Below, piece after piece: positions 30,294-44,027 of a stretch of DNA of 64,000 nt. Position 1 is the stretch's first letter. Each line of letters starts with the position of its first letter. Source of the stretch: Octopus vulgaris. Lineage: Eukaryota. Where the stretch lies: assembly GCA_951406725.2 (NCBI GenBank), contig OX597842.1, positions 34,224,001 to 34,288,000 of the forward strand, read 5' to 3'. The position numbers were made by a program, and so were the translations under genes. A model generated the notes under the pieces. It did no database searches. It saw only the letters and a program-made list of their open reading frames with translations, and was not told the DNA's origin.

Positions 30294-30329
30294 GTTTCTG
30301 AAGAAGAGCATCTGCTCGAAACGTAAAAC
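30294..30329 (+). ncRNA. Minimal type-I hammerhead ribozyme motif inside an ORF-less element of about 215 bp (30217-30432)
   Basis: GTTT-CTGAAGA-A-GAGC(ATCT)GCTC-GAAA-CG-TA-AAAC; all helices pair and stem III is the palindrome ACGT. Confidence 0.8.
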
Positions 30330-30672
30330 CACTTTTCTTTCCTTCCCTGAGCATCTGCTAATACTTTATATATACCACGTCCTCTTGTTTTTTTTTTTGC
30401 ATGTTCTTTCTTTGATTTTTTATTCATGTACTATATGTGTGTGTGTGTGTGTCTATATATATATATATATGCCTACTTTTGTATGTGCATATGAATCTGT
30501 ATACACTATGTTTTGTCCTAAAAACTGGGGCCAGTTTCGTATTGATTTTGGGGGTAAGCGTGAAGTGTAAACTTCTCTTTATCTCTGTCTCTCACACCCT
30601 TTCTGTCTCCCTCTAGCTCCTTCTCTCATTCACTCTCTCTGTCTATGTATAGATATATATAAATATGCATAC

Positions 30673-30703
<31 letters not shown>

Positions 30704-30727
30704 TGTATGTATATATATATATACACA

Positions 30728-30761
<34 letters not shown>

Positions 30762-30771
30762 CGCATAAATG

Positions 30772-30845
<74 letters not shown>

Positions 30846-31488
30846 TGTATTATGTATGTGTGTGTGTGTGACAGTTTGTGTTGTGCTTGTCTCCGCACCA
30901 CCGCTTGACAACTGATGTTACTGTGTTTTCGTCCCTGTATCTTAGCAGTTTGGCAAAAAAGACCGATAAAATAAGTGCTGGGTATACAAAGAATAAGTCC
31001 TGGGGTCGATTTGTTCGACTAAAGGCAGTGCTCCAGCATGGCCGCAGTCAAATAACTGAAACAAAGAAAAGAATAAAAGAACAAAAGAATATGTATATAT
31101 ACATAAACGAAATTATTCACTTATATATATATATATATATACACATATATATACATACATCTATATGAGTTTACACATACAAACGTACAGGTATATATGT
31201 ATATTTATATATATGAATGTATGTATGTTTGTATGTACGTATATATATGTATATACATGTATATATATATATGTATATATATATATGTTTATATATATAT
31301 ATATATTGTATATATATACATATATATATATGTATATATATATATGTATATATATATATGTAAATATATATATATGTATCTATATATGTAGATATGTACA
31401 TATATATAACTATATGTAAATATATATATATGTATATCTATGTATGTGTACATATATATGTATATATATGTATATATATATATATGTA

Positions 31489-31519
<31 letters not shown>

Positions 31520-32091
31520 GTGTGTATATATATGTATATATATGTATATATATATGTATATATGTGCATATATATATATGTATATCTCTCTATATGTATA
31601 TATATGTATGCATATATGCGTATGTATATATATATATAATTCTTTCTTCCTCTTTCCCCTCCTCTCTCCCAGACACAAACCATTCACGTTCCCTGCCCCT
31701 TCTGCCGGTCCTACAAGCGCCCTCTTTCTTTCTGCTTCCCTAAGCATAATGCCCCGACAAATCTGTCCCATTACGCCGTGACCCAGGAAAGAACTCGGTC
31801 CCACGATCTTGAGTAAACACGTTTCTATTAACACAGGGACAGAACCTCTAGCCCTCTTCCTGTTATTGCTGTGGTTGTTGTTGTTGCCGTTGTTGTTGTT
31901 GTTGTTGTTGCTGCAGCTACTCTCGTTTTTGTTGTTGTTATTGTCGGTTTTATTGTTGCTGTCCTGGATGTCGTCCATGTTGGATTTTTTCGTTGTTTCT
32001 TTTGCCTTTCTTTGTTTTTGATTCTTTCTATATATTTGTTTGTCTGTCTGTTTCTACACACACACACACAAACACACACTCACATATACGC

Positions 32092-32140
<49 letters not shown>

Positions 32141-32191
32141 CGTGTGAGTGGGTATATATGCAAGTATGTGTGTACACTTACAGCTTTATTT

Positions 32192-32249
<58 letters not shown>

Positions 32250-32257
32250 GTATGTAT

Positions 32258-32296
<39 letters not shown>

Positions 32297-32833
32297 AATG
32301 GATAGATAGATAGATATATAGATGGATGGATGGATAGATAGATACATACATACATACATATTCATAAATTTGTACAACATATATATAAATATAAATATGC
32401 ATGTGAGTGTATGTATATATATAAATATGCGTTTGTGAGTGTGTGTGTGTGTGTGTGTGTGTACACGTGTGTGTGTGTGTGTGTGTGTGTACACGTGTGT
32501 GTGTGTGTTTGTCTGTATGCATATATATATATATGTATAACTACATATATATAGTCTATATATCTCCATATATGTGAATATATATATATAAGTGTGTGTG
32601 TATACGTATATATGTGTGTGTGTGTGGAGAGAGAGAGAGAAAGAGAGATAGGTTGATAGATAGATACACACACATCAGGTAATTTTTGACCTGTTTCTTA
32701 ATTCTCCCTTCGTCTGTGTGTGTATATCTCCCCCCTCTCTTTCTCTCTCACTTATGTATATATATATATATATATATCTATACACATATATATGTATATG
32801 TATGTATATATATGTATATATATATATATATTT

Positions 32834-32920
<87 letters not shown>

Positions 32921-33346
32921 CACACACACAACGTAAGGTTGTGTAGAAAAAATGGGTGGATTTTGTCTTTCATTCTGTTTCCCGCTTTTTTTATTATTTT
33001 TTATTATTTTTTCCATTTCTAAATACAGAACAAAGTCTGTCAAACATTTTTCCTTTATTTTTTATTTTGTTTTTTCTTCTGACGTTTTTCTTTGAATTTT
33101 GCGGAATTTCTTTTGGCGATTTTTGGCGGCGCCTCGGGAATTCCTTGACCGTATTTCTGCAGGGTTTGGGGTCATGGAAGGAGCGGGCTGGAGACTTTTT
33201 TTTTTTTAAATGCTCATACTTTGGTTTTCATTTTATCTTTCCTCTTTTCACTTGTGTTTTCTTTCAGACATGTGTGTTTGTGTGTTTGTGTGTTTGTGTG
33301 TTTGTGTGTGTTTTTGAGTGCGCGTGTGCTTGTGTGTGTGTCTATT

Positions 33347-33445
<99 letters not shown>

Positions 33446-33447
33446 CT

Positions 33448-33666
33448 TTCTCTCTTTTACTTGTTTCAGTCATCTTACTGCAGCCATGCTGGAGCACCGC
33501 CTTTAATCGAGCTACTCGACCCCGGGACTTATTCTTTTTGTAAGCCCAGTACTTATTCTATCGGTCTCTTTTGTCGAACCGCTAAGTAGCGGGGATATAA
33601 ACACACCAGCATCGGTTCTCAAGCAATGCTAGGGGGACAAACACTGACACACAAACACACACACGC

Positions 33667-33698
<32 letters not shown>

Positions 33699-33858
33699 GA
33701 CGGGTTTCTTTCAATTTCCGTCTACCAAATTCACTCACAAGGCTTTGGTCGGCCTGAGGCTATAGTAGAAGACACTTGCCCAAGGTGCCACGCAGTGGGA
33801 CTGAACCCGGAACCATGTGGTTGGTAAAAAAGCTACTTACCACACAGCCACTCCTGCG

Positions 33859-33861
<3 letters not shown>
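33448..33861 (-). mobile_element. SINE-A, full length
   Basis: Complete from head to tail. Confidence 0.92.
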
Positions 33862-33954
<93 letters not shown>

Positions 33955-33955
<1 letters not shown>

Positions 33956-34425
33956 TTCTTTTTCTTTTTTCTATTTCTAGTTTCAGCTCACGAGCTGTGG
34001 CCATGCTGGGGCACCGCCATTTGGTATTGCTACATGATTTTACTTCACGAATACTTTCTAGCAATTGCCATTTGGTGCATGAGAGAGTTCGATGCAGCTG
34101 CCCTCATCTGCACCTCCTGCCGTGAAGTTGGTTCATCTGGGACACCTGACAAGAAGAGATCCAGTTTCATTTTAAAGACATCTGCATCCACCCCATGCAG
34201 GTCTCTTAGGTTCTTCGGGAGGATATTGAAGAGCTGTGGGCCTCGGAAGCCCAGGCTATCACAGTATCTTGTCCTACATCTTGATGGCAAATTTGGAATC
34301 CTTGGGACACCTGACAGGAAGAGATCCAGTTTGATTTTAAAGACATCTGCATCCACTCCATGCAGGTCTCTCTGGTTCTTCGGGAGGATATTGAAGAGCT
34401 GTGGGCCTTCAATATCCTCCCGAAT
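33955..34425 (-). mobile_element. CR1-group LINE 3' fragment with internal duplication and a short 5' inversion
   Basis: Highly similar to 950-1300; AATATCCTCCCGAA (34411-34424) is the reverse complement of the TTCGGGAGGATATT just upstream. Confidence 0.85.
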
Positions 34426-34427
34426 GT

Positions 34428-34810
34428 TCCAGTCATTTGACTGTGGCCATGCTGGAGCACCGCCTTTTGTCGAGCAAATCGACCCCTGGGCTTATTCTTT
34501 GTAAGCCTAGTACTTATTCTAACGGTCCTATTTGCCGAACCGCTAAGTTACGGGGACGTAAACACACCACCATCGGTTGGCAAGTGATGTTGGAGGGGTG
34601 GACGAACACAGACATACAAACTCACACACATATATATACATATACATATATATATACGACGGGCTTCTTACAGTTTCCGTCTACCAAATCCACTCATAAG
34701 GCTTTGGTCGGCCCGAGGCTATAGTAGAAGACACTTGCCCAAGGTGCCACGGAGTGGGACTGAACCCGGAACCATGTGGTTGGTAAGCAAGCTACTTACC
34801 ACACAGCCAT
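34428..34810 (-). mobile_element. SINE-A, near full length
   Basis: Similarity to the full copies. Confidence 0.9.
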
Positions 34811-34829
34811 AGGAGAGATGATGGAGATA

Positions 34830-35490
34830 AGATTAATAACAGTTTATTAACATTGACAAGACCATCCCTACAATTGTTTCAAGTCATCACTTGCAGCATA
34901 AAAGTTTAATCAAATTTAATATAATTAAACTAAATCAATTTAGTTAATTACCACAAATGAGAATAACTTCAGAGATAGATATACAAAGAAATTTATCATA
35001 TTTAATACAAAGTGAAAACATAAAAACGGGAAGAATACAGTGTACCATCAGAGTTTAAAATATATACAGTTAGAAAAATAGATACAGGTTTAAAAAATAT
35101 AGTTTGTCATAAATTAACATAAATAATGATAATGCAGACACTCTCATGCAAAATATGAAAAATAGTGACGATGTACAAAAAACAATAGACTTTATTAAAT
35201 TATGGGAGTAAGGATAAGCCAGCTAGATCAATATATAACGTATATTAAATACATGTAATGCAAAACAAAATTTGTATATGTACACATATATAAATGTCCG
35301 ACTCAAACTGAATAGAAATGATATAGATAATTAAAGGGGTTGAAGAGAAGTATTACAAATCCAACAGCTGTTTCTAGAGGCTCGGTGATCTATAACAATG
35401 TTTGTAGATCGATTCTTTCATAGGATGGAAGAGATCTTACAATCTGAGACGTTACAAGAGACAAGTTCAAAGATGGAATCCATATACGAT
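34830..35490 (-). mobile_element. Penelope-like pLTR relic with a degenerate hammerhead (35359-35426)
   Basis: Minus strand: ATCC-TATGA-A-AGA..GATCTA/TAGATC..TCT-A-GAAAC-AGCT-GTT-GGAT, then a long AT-rich tract. Confidence 0.45.
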
Positions 35491-35513
35491 TTATATATAT
35501 ACACACACACTCA

Positions 35514-35560
<47 letters not shown>

Positions 35561-36093
35561 GTATATATACATACGTGCAGTGATTTAGTTAAGCAATTTG
35601 GGTCAAAATAGAAAAGAATGGCGATCAAGACAGAATTTGAAGCGAATTGTGATCAGCGGTGTACAACAGCATGTGACGGTCGTCTGGTCGATACTGTGAT
35701 ATTTATATGATATATATATTCATATTGTTCCATCACCTGTCTTCGTCTTTTGTTTTCTGTAAATAATTTCAACTATATATATATACACACATATATCTAT
35801 ATTTATATATACATATGTGTGTATGTATATATATGTATGTATATATATATATATATATATAGTTAATCCAAACATGAAAACAAAGAGAAAACACAACAAA
35901 GCGAGGACGTGGAACAAGTATAGTGTTACTGGACGCTCAGGAAAGGATATATATACACACACATATATGTATATATATATATATATATATATCTATATAT
36001 ATATATATATATAATATAGACAGACATACATTCATATATTTATATTTATATATATACATCTGTGTGCATATTTATATATTATTTATATATTAT

Positions 36094-36133
<40 letters not shown>

Positions 36134-37462
36134 ATATATACACTACATATGTATAATGATAACATGTATGTATCATATATTTCTATATTTATATATATAT
36201 ATGTATTTGAATAATTAATGTGTAGACATACATACATATGTGTATGTGTGCGTTTGTGTATATATGTATGTATATATGTATTGTATGTATGTATGTATGT
36301 ATTATTTATGTATGTATGTATGTATGTATGTATGTATGTACGTATGTATGTATGTAAGTATGTATGTACGTATGTATGTATGCGTGTATGTATGTATGTA
36401 TGTATGTATGTACGTATGTATGTATGTATGTATGTACGTATGTATGTATGTATGTATGCGTGTATGTATGTATGTATGTATGTATGTACGTATGTATGTA
36501 TGTATGTATGTACGTATGTATGTATATACAGATACTTTGTTTTTTCAAAGTCCGTTTTCCTTCTTCATAAAATCGTTTAAGATTTGGATCACATCGAGCT
36601 GTTTGCTTTGTTCAAAGAATCCTTGCCTCTTCAAACCGTCGGATTCTTTACGATTTAGCAAAGATCTCCTTGTTTCAGGTTTTCTTTCATCTCGCATAGA
36701 TCTTTTTTTCTTTTCTATTTTTTTCATCATTTTTTTATCATTTTTTTTTTTTTTTTTACTTCTCTTCTTATATTTCTGAAATATTTGTCTCTCCCCCCCC
36801 CCCACCTTTCATTCTCTACGTCTTCCCTTTATCGATTTTCTTATCAATCAAACTATGTTTTATTTTTTTATTTTCTAACACATTTCTTTCGTTCTTGGTA
36901 TATTTATCTTTTGTTTTTTTTTGTCCTCGCCTACGTTTAGCTATCTACAGATTTCATATTATTAAGAAAGCAAAAACTATCTGTAGATGTAAAATTAACA
37001 AAAAATAGAGAGAGAGCGTAAATTCGTTTTCCCAGCGTTTCTCTTCGTTCCGTTCTCCTCTTCTGCAATAAATGGTTAAAATATACTTGTTTTCTCGGAA
37101 CTACGATGAGACGTTCACCGTCAACGGAGATTTTTTTATGGGCGAAAACTACACCAGCTGATCTGTTATCAGCGGACATGCACAGAGTAAAAGAAGAGAG
37201 AGAGACAGAGAGACAGAGAGACAGAGGGACAGAGAAAGGGAGAAGCAGAGAGAGATACGGAGAGAAAGAGAGAGAGAGAGAAAGGGATGCAGAGAGAGAT
37301 ATTTAGAGATGGACAGACAGATAGACAGAGAGAGAGAGAGAGAGACATGCACACATACACACACACTGAGAGAGACACAAACAGAGACACACAGAGACAG
37401 AGAGAGACGCAGAGAGAGAGAGAGAGACAGACAGAGAGATACAGAGAGACAGAGAGAGACGC

Positions 37463-37498
<36 letters not shown>

Positions 37499-37629
37499 GG
37501 ATGCAGAGAGAGATACATAGAGATAGACAGACAGAGACAGAGAGAGAGAGAGACACACACACATACACACACATTGAGAGAGACACGAACAGAGACAGAG
37601 AGGGAGACGCAGAGACAGACAGACAGACA

Positions 37630-37675
37630 GAGCCTTGTGAGTGGATTTGGTAGACGGAAACTGAACGAAGCCCGT

Positions 37676-37722
<47 letters not shown>

Positions 37723-38280
37723 TGACCCCCTTCGGTCAGACACTGACCATGGGTTTGCAGCTAGAGAGTTACCCTCTGAGGCACAAGTCTGGGCAAGGTC
37801 GTTTTATGGAAGACCAGCAGTCGCCCATGTATCCCGGCCTCCCCTCTCCACGCCACCGATGTTGTCCAAGGGAAAGGCAAGGGCCGATACAACTTGGCAC
37901 CTGTGACGTCGCAACTCATTTCTACAGCTGAGTGAAGTGGAGCAACGTGAAATAAAGTGTCTTGCTCAAGAAAACAACACGCAGCCCCGTCCGGGATTCG
38001 AGCTCACAACCTCACGATCGTAAGCTCGACGCTCTAACCACTGAGCCACGTGTGTGTGTGTGTGTGTGTGTGTCTGTGTTTGTCCTCCCAACATCCCTTG
38101 ACAACAAATGCTGGTGTGTTTACGCCCCTGTAACTTAGCGGTTCGGCGAAACAGACCGATAGAATAAGTACTAGGCTTACAAAGAATAAGTCCTGGGGGT
38201 CGATTTGTTCGACTAAAAGGCGGTGCTCCAGCATGGCCGCAGTCAAATGACTAAAACAAATAGTAGATTAAATAAAAGAA
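37630..38280 (+). mobile_element. SINE-A with SINE-D nested in its microsatellite spacer
   Basis: Arms at 37630-37680 and 38050-38280. Confidence 0.85.
37721..38050 (-). mobile_element. SINE-D (tRNA head plus CTTGAGCAAGACACTTTATTTCAC domain)
   Basis: A-box TGGCTCAGTGG and B-box GCTCGAATCCC on the minus strand. Confidence 0.8.
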
Positions 38281-38545
38281 AATACGTATATATATTCATG
38301 AGTGTACGTATGTATTAACATATATATGTATATATGTATGTACGCATGTATGTAAGCATGTATATACGTACGTATATATTGTATTTATATTTGTATATAG
38401 TTACGTGTGCATGCATGCATGTTTGCAGGAATGTATGTATGTATGTATATAATTTTCTGCTGCTTTTAAATAATGCATATTACTCTACCACTGGTATTTG
38501 AGTACTCTTTTTTCCACCTTGTTTCACATTTATGTGTTACTCCGG

Positions 38546-38586
<41 letters not shown>

Positions 38587-38589
<3 letters not shown>

Positions 38590-38970
38590 CGCAGGTAAGT
38601 AGCTTGTTTACATGATTCCGGGTTCAGTCCCACTGCGTGGCACCTTGGACAAGTGTCTTCTACTATAGCCTCGGGCCGACCAAAGCCTTGTGAGTGGATT
38701 TGGTAGACGGAAACTGTAAGAAGCCCGTCGTATATATGTATATATATATATATGCGTGTGTGTGTCTGTGTTTGTCCCCCTAGCATTGCTTGACAACCGA
38801 TGCTGGTGTGTTTATGTCCCCGTCACTTACCGGTTCGGCAAAGGAGACCGATAGAATAAGTACTGGGCTTACAAATGAATAAGTCCCGGGGTCGAATTGC
38901 TCGACTAAAGGCGGTGCTCCAGCATGGCCGCAGTCAAATGACTGAAACAAGTAAAAGAGAGTAAAAGAGA
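38587..38970 (+). mobile_element. SINE-A, near full length
   Basis: Similarity to the full copies. Confidence 0.9.
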
Positions 38971-39231
38971 GATATGTATATATATAATACACACACACCC
39001 AGAGAAATACACAGATACACACGTACACACACGGAGTGAGAAAGTGCGAGAGAGGACAGATAAAGAATGATATAGAGTGACAGTTGCAGGAGAGGCCCAA
39101 GAAGGGAGAGCCCACCATGCTCTTCTTGTATTCGAAACCTTGAATTTAAGACGTTGTTATTGTTTTTCCTGTTGTTGTAGTTTAATTGTTGTTGTTGTTG
39201 TTGCTGTTTAGTTTTTGCTATTGTTGTTGTT

Positions 39232-39266
<35 letters not shown>

Positions 39267-39579
39267 CCGTGATGACAATAGTGTTTACGTCCCTTTGCTG
39301 GTTGTGTGATGGTCCGCACCAAATCTCATGCTTCTGCTGACTGGGTGAACAGGAAGTCGTGCAACTTGTAGGGGTGGAGGTGGCGTAGCTGGTGCTGGTG
39401 GAGGTGGTGGTGGTGGTGTTAGATTGTTTATGTTGTTGTTACTGTTGTTGTTGTTTTCGTATCTTTTCTTGTTTTTCGATTTTTTTCTTTGCTTCATTGA
39501 CCAACGAGAAACAAAACAAAATGGCCGGCTTTTTTTTTTTTAACAAATCACAACGGATTCAGTGTTGTTATTGTGTGAA

Positions 39580-39616
39580 ATGATGACGACGACGACGACG
39601 ACGACGATGATGATGG

Positions 39617-39647
<31 letters not shown>

Positions 39648-39685
39648 GATGATGATGATGGTGATGGTGATGGTGGTGGTGGTGG

Positions 39686-39749
<64 letters not shown>

Positions 39750-39772
39750 GGTGATGATGATGATGGTGATGA

Positions 39773-39806
<34 letters not shown>

Positions 39807-39910
39807 GGTGGTGGTGGTGGTGGTGGTGGTGATGATGATGATGGCGGTGGTGGTGGTGGTGGTGGTGGTGGTGGTGGTGGTGGTGGTAATGGTGGTGGTT
39901 GTGGTGGTGG

Positions 39911-39944
<34 letters not shown>

Positions 39945-40110
39945 GGTGGTGGTGGTGGTGGTGGTGGTGGTGGTGGTGGTGGTGGTGGTGGTGGTGGTGG
40001 TGGTGGTGATGGTTGTGGTGGTGGTGGTGATGGTTGTGGTGGTGGTGGTGTTGGTGGTGATGGAGAGGAAAGGAAGACGAACAACAACAACAACAACAAC
40101 AACAACAAAA
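39580..40110. repeat. (GAT/GGT)n compound microsatellite
   Basis: Direct inspection; source of the poly-H, poly-P and poly-M/V ORFs. Confidence 0.97.
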
Positions 40111-40129
40111 GAAGGAGGATGTGTGCGTG

Positions 40130-40790
40130 TGTGTATGTATATGTGAGTCTATGTTTGTCCCTCCGCCATCGCTTGACAACCGATGTTGGTGTGTTTACGT
40201 CCCCCGTAACTTAGCGGTTCGGCAAAAGTTACCCATAGATTAAGTACTAGACTTACAAAGAATAAGTCCTGGGGTCGATTTGTTCGACTAAAAGGCGGTG
40301 CTCCAGCATAGCCGCAGTCAAAATGACTGAAACAAGTTTAAGAATAAAGAATTATGGAATCCGCGTTACGTCTTTTTGCTTCATCTTTTATTCTTTTATT
40401 TGTTTTTGTCATTAGACTGCGGCCATACTGGAGCACTGCCTCGAAGAAGTTTAACCGTACGATTCAACCCAGGTACTTATTCTTTTAAAGCTTGGTATTT
40501 ATTCTATCGTTCTCTTTTGCCGAGCCGCTAAGTTACGGGGACGTAAACATACCAACACTGGTTGTGAAATGGTAGTAGGTGAGAAAAACCCACATACACA
40601 TATACACACATATATATATAGATATATACGATGGGCTTCTTTCAGCTTCCATCTACCGAATCCACTTACGATGCCTTTCTCGACCCGGGGCTATAATAAG
40701 AGACACTTGTCTAATGTGCCGTGCAGTGGGACTGAACCCAGAATTACCTGGTTGGGAAGAAAACTTCTTACCACACGACCCTTCCTGCAC
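40130..40790. mobile_element. Tail-to-tail SINE-A pair (+ strand 3' half 40130-40350; - strand older copy 40383-40790)
   Basis: Similarity to the full copies in opposite orientations. Confidence 0.85.
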
Positions 40791-40791
40791 C

Positions 40792-41245
40792 ATAATCACT
40801 CTTTACGACGAAATCTCACAAGATCCTGTAATTATCATTTACTATCATAGACTCTGTTTTGTGTTCGTACCACCGCTCTGCTGTTTTGAAGCCACAGTCT
40901 CGGGCTAACACCTTAATGTACACTTTTGGCTACACAGTCATGTCTATGCTTATACTCTTTTCGTGCTAGTGTACTGCACTCACTCAGAATGTGATTAATA
41001 CTTTCATCTCCTTTCCAATATATTCTATATTTTCGTCGATGTTTCCCTTTATAACGAGTGTTTCTGTCTCTCGTTTCAAGTTCCCGTCCATCAACCAAAG
41101 CCAACGATCTTTACTTCCGATATTCTCGGTTCATTGCATGAATTGTTTCATAGAGTTCCATTTCTTTCCATTTGTTTGTTCCGTTGTTCTTCATTTTCTC
41201 TCGGAATTCTCCTACTCTTTCAGTCACTTTTTAGTTATCTCTGGC
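40792..41245 (-). mobile_element. Dong/R4-like (RLE) non-LTR retrotransposon fragment, zinc-knuckle region
   Basis: Broken frames give WLWLMDGNLKRETE..ESINHILSECSTLARKEYKHRHDCVAKSVH..WYEHKTES..NDNYRIL*DF. Confidence 0.8.
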
Positions 41246-41861
41246 TGCCGATGATTAAAGGTGCGTTCATCACAGGGAAAGTTCACTGTCATTCAGTGAC
41301 CGTGAAGAATGCGCACCAGGAAAAGTTAGACTGCAAGGTGGGGCCCAGTAAGAATTTTCTTCTGGTCGAGTAACCCATCCCGCTCAAAAGGTCCCTGAAC
41401 AAGGGTTGTTTAAGGATGTTGAAAGAACCACCCATGTTTCCAGAGGTGAATTATTCAAACCTCCAAGAATTCTTTTCAACACGTGGCTATGATGCTCCCC
41501 CACTACTTCTGCTCGTGATCAGAGATGCACATATCGTCAGCCACTGAGGGACATGCTCAACTGGTTAAGGTCAAACAACTGACAAGCAAATCTGTGGTAT
41601 TGAGCAGAATATTTGCTGTAGCCCATCTTTTATACCAAGACAAAACAATGGACATGATAACACTTCCAATCAGTTAAGATCAAAAGCCACTGCCTGGTAC
41701 TGCATCAGTCTAACTTCTAAGCTGTAGTTCTTCCGGTTCTTTCCCGAGGTCAACTTAATTTTTCATCAGGGGTCGATAAAATAAAGAATCAGTCTAAGAA
41801 CAGAAATCGATGATGTCAATTAAGCCCCTTGCCTAATCGATTAAGCTGGCCTCCTGTCTGA

Positions 41862-41905
<44 letters not shown>

Positions 41906-42167
41906 CGTTATTATTATTGCTATTATTATCATTATTATTATCATTATTATTATTATTATTATCATTTTTATTATTGTTATTATTATTGTTATTATTATTA
42001 TCATTATTATTATCATTATTATTATTATTATCATCATTTTTATTATTGTTATTATTATTGCTATTATTATCATTATTATTATCATTATTATTATTATTAT
42101 CATCATTTTTATTATTGTTATTATTATTGTTATCATTATCATCATTATCATTATCATCATTATTAAT

Positions 42168-42238
<71 letters not shown>

Positions 42239-42298
42239 CATCATTATTATTATTATTAACATTATTATTATTATTATTATTATTATCATTATTATTAT
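41862..42298. repeat. (ATT/ATC)n microsatellite
   Basis: Direct inspection. Confidence 0.97.
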
Positions 42299-42985
42299 GT
42301 GATTTTTCTACTTTCAGTTTTCTTTCCATTTTTTACCGAGTGTCTCACCGACTCCTAGGGCAAAGATAGTCCATTAAAATGAACTCACCAGATTGCTGAT
42401 TTGCAAAATGAAATGAAGTTATGTCGAAAAACATTTTCTACCTGGATTCTAATCTTTTTTTCTTCTTTCAAATTTGCTTCCATTTCTTGCCGAGTGTCTT
42501 CCCGACTCCTAGGGCAAAGAAACTCATAGTATACATTGGTAGGTCATTAAACTAAACTCACTAGTTCGTTCATTTTTTTTTTAAGTTAAATTAAAATACA
42601 TGGGTAGTAATAATTCTCACATCGACAATGCTCTTCTCAATACGTGTGATGTACCAGTTAAGACAATCCCTATCACAATGCTCTTCTCGATACGTGTGAC
42701 CTACCACACATCCTTCATGGATGGTAATCCATGGATCATTCTTAAATAATTTTCAGTTCCTTTTTTGATAATTCCAAGTGCTCATACAACCACTGGTATT
42801 GTAACCGTTTTGAGATGCCACATTTTTTAATTTCAAATGAGTAAATCTCCACATTTTCTGTGCTTGTCAAATTCTTTTGCTGAGATATTTCGATCGCAAA
42901 AAATACTTATGGCAATCAATAAACAGACTTTATTTTCTGGTTTTTCACAACAATATCCGGCTTATTAGCTTTGATGGCTGATTTT
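42299..42985 (-). mobile_element. Dong/R4-like element 3' end (RLE domain plus 3' UTR) abutting (TAA)n
   Basis: KPDIVV..KMWHLKTVTIPVVV*ALGII..IVLTGTSHVLRRALSM* (stop 42617-42619); duplicated 3' UTR motif TCTTTGCCCTAGGAGTCGG. Confidence 0.8.
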
Positions 42986-43369
42986 TCGATGTTTCTTCTT
43001 TTTATATATATTTACCTTTTGACATACAGATTTCTAAAAATATTTTTTTGTAACTAAACACTTTTAAACTTCGTATTCTGGTAGAATGTGTCATATAAAA
43101 CATCTTTTAATCTTAGCATTTTTGAGAAAAACTTATATTTACGAAGTTATTTCACGTTAAAGTTGTCCTATTTCGGTAAATACAACCAATCGATGACGTG
43201 TATTCAGCTGAATAAAATTACTGATGAGTTTGTCAACAATAACTTCCGGCGATGAAGCCTTTGACCTCTGCCCTTAGCCCTGAGCTTCATAGCCACTAAT
43301 GGGTCTGCTTCTGGACCAGAACAGTTTATTTGATACGGGCCACGTATCATCATCACCATCATCATCATC

Positions 43370-43492
43370 ACCAGCACCAGATGTATTACGGTGTCAGCTA
43401 TTCACTACCAGCCCTTTATTTTTCGTGCACCTTCCGGAGTATTCGAAGCAGTTCTGTTTTCTGCATGTGCTCCACCCATATTGCAGCCCCTG
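43370..43492 (-). mobile_element. Second Dong/R4-like 3' end fragment
   Basis: EHMQKTELLRILRKVHEK* followed by a short UTR and (GAT)n. Confidence 0.55.
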
Positions 43493-43615
43493 TTTGTTCC
43501 CCACCACTGTGTGACAACCGGTGTTAGTGTGTTTACGTCCCCGTAACTTAGCGGTTCGACAAAAAATAACGATACAGTAACTACCAAGATATTTTTAAAA
43601 AAAAGTAAAGTAAGT

Positions 43616-44027
43616 AGGCGCAGGAGTGGCTGTGTGGTAAGTAGCTTGATAACCAACCACATGGTTCCGGGTTCAGTCCCACTGCGTGGCATCTTGGACA
43701 AGTGTCTTCTGCTATAGCCCCAGGCCGACCAATGCCATGTGAGTTGATTTGGTAGACGGAAACTGAAAGAAGCCTGTCGTATATATGTATATATATATAT
43801 GTGTGTGTGTGTGTGTTTGTGTGTCTGTGTTTGTCCCTCTAGCATTGCTTGACAACCGATGCTGGTGTGCTTACGTCCCCGTCACTTAGCGGTTCGGCAA
43901 AAGAGACCGATAGAATAAGTACTGGGCTTACAAAGAATAAGTCATGGGGTCGATTTGCTCGACTAAAGGCGGTGCCCTAGCATGGCCGCAGTCAAATGAC
44001 TGAAATAAGTAAAAGAGAGTAAAGAGT
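43616..44027 (+). mobile_element. SINE-A, full length, inserted into an older SINE-A 3' half (43490-43616 plus 44025-44130)
   Basis: AGTAAGTA on both sides (TSD-like); the flanks rejoin into the SINE-A consensus. Confidence 0.88.

Noticed and set aside
37072-37161. Small ORF MVKIYLFSRNYDETFTVNGDFFMGENYTS
   Set aside because: It is about 29 aa with no recognisable homology, consistent with chance.
39060-39540. Possible low-complexity exon on the minus strand
   Set aside because: No long frame stays open across it, no domain is recognisable, and no convincing splice pair was found.
43219-43260. Isolated CTGATGA motifs (also about 51675, 51863 on the minus strand, and 63904)
   Set aside because: None has a properly placed stem II/GAAA/stem III; the one at 63904 lies in the pogo coding frame.
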